A stretch of 64,000 bases of DNA from Batkoa obscura (taxonomy: Eukaryota): positions 558,001 to 622,000 of the forward strand of contig JASVEC010000029.1 of the NCBI GenBank assembly GCA_030770535.1, written 5' to 3'. Positions 63,921-64,000 of this stretch are shown piece after piece; position 1 is the stretch's first letter, and each line of letters starts with the position of its first letter. The notes beneath the pieces were generated by a model. That model ran no database searches and was not told the origin of the DNA. It saw only the letters and a program-made list of their open reading frames with translations. A program made the translations under genes and the position numbers.

Positions 63921-64000
63921 GAGGATGTTTTTTTTGGTTTCATTATTTTTTCTATCTTTAAGTGTTATTTGGGTGGAAAAATTGTTAGTAAAATTCTTAA
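63921..64000. mobile_element. Sola-related MITE copy running off the window end
   Basis: atat-GAGGATGTTTTTTTTGGTTTCATT...ttgttagtaaaattcttaa. Confidence 0.82.

Overview
This is a very AT-rich, intron-rich eukaryotic window. The gene set (fungal-type LRR-PP2C adenylate cyclase, mL44, SLS1-like, mago nashi, short GT-AG introns) points to a fungus, probably an early-diverging lineage (inference). It holds about 18 host genes or pseudogenes and two tRNA genes (Phe-GAA, Leu-AAG). The centrepiece is a nested transposon complex at 27428-37852. A Sola-like DDD DNA transposon (perfect 22-bp TIRs, ATAT TSD) has its 567-aa transposase split, right before the second predicted catalytic Asp codon, by a young Ty3/Gypsy element. 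That element has 400-bp LTRs that read as identical, a GGCA TSD, a -1 frameshift signal, a long coiled-coil Gag, an AT-hook and a degenerate dUTPase-like domain. An older inverted solo LTR of the same Gypsy family sits in the same Sola copy. A ~98-bp MITE family with 4-bp AWWT-type TSDs, made of Sola-like left and right ends, occurs at least 11 times. Other notable points: the adenylate cyclase lacks its first metal-binding Asp (FTDI to FTSI); an inverted aminotransferase pseudogene shares a 168-bp identical tract with its parent; and there is a tandem pair of secreted beta-repeat proteins. All calls are by eye, without database searches, and exon boundaries are approximate.
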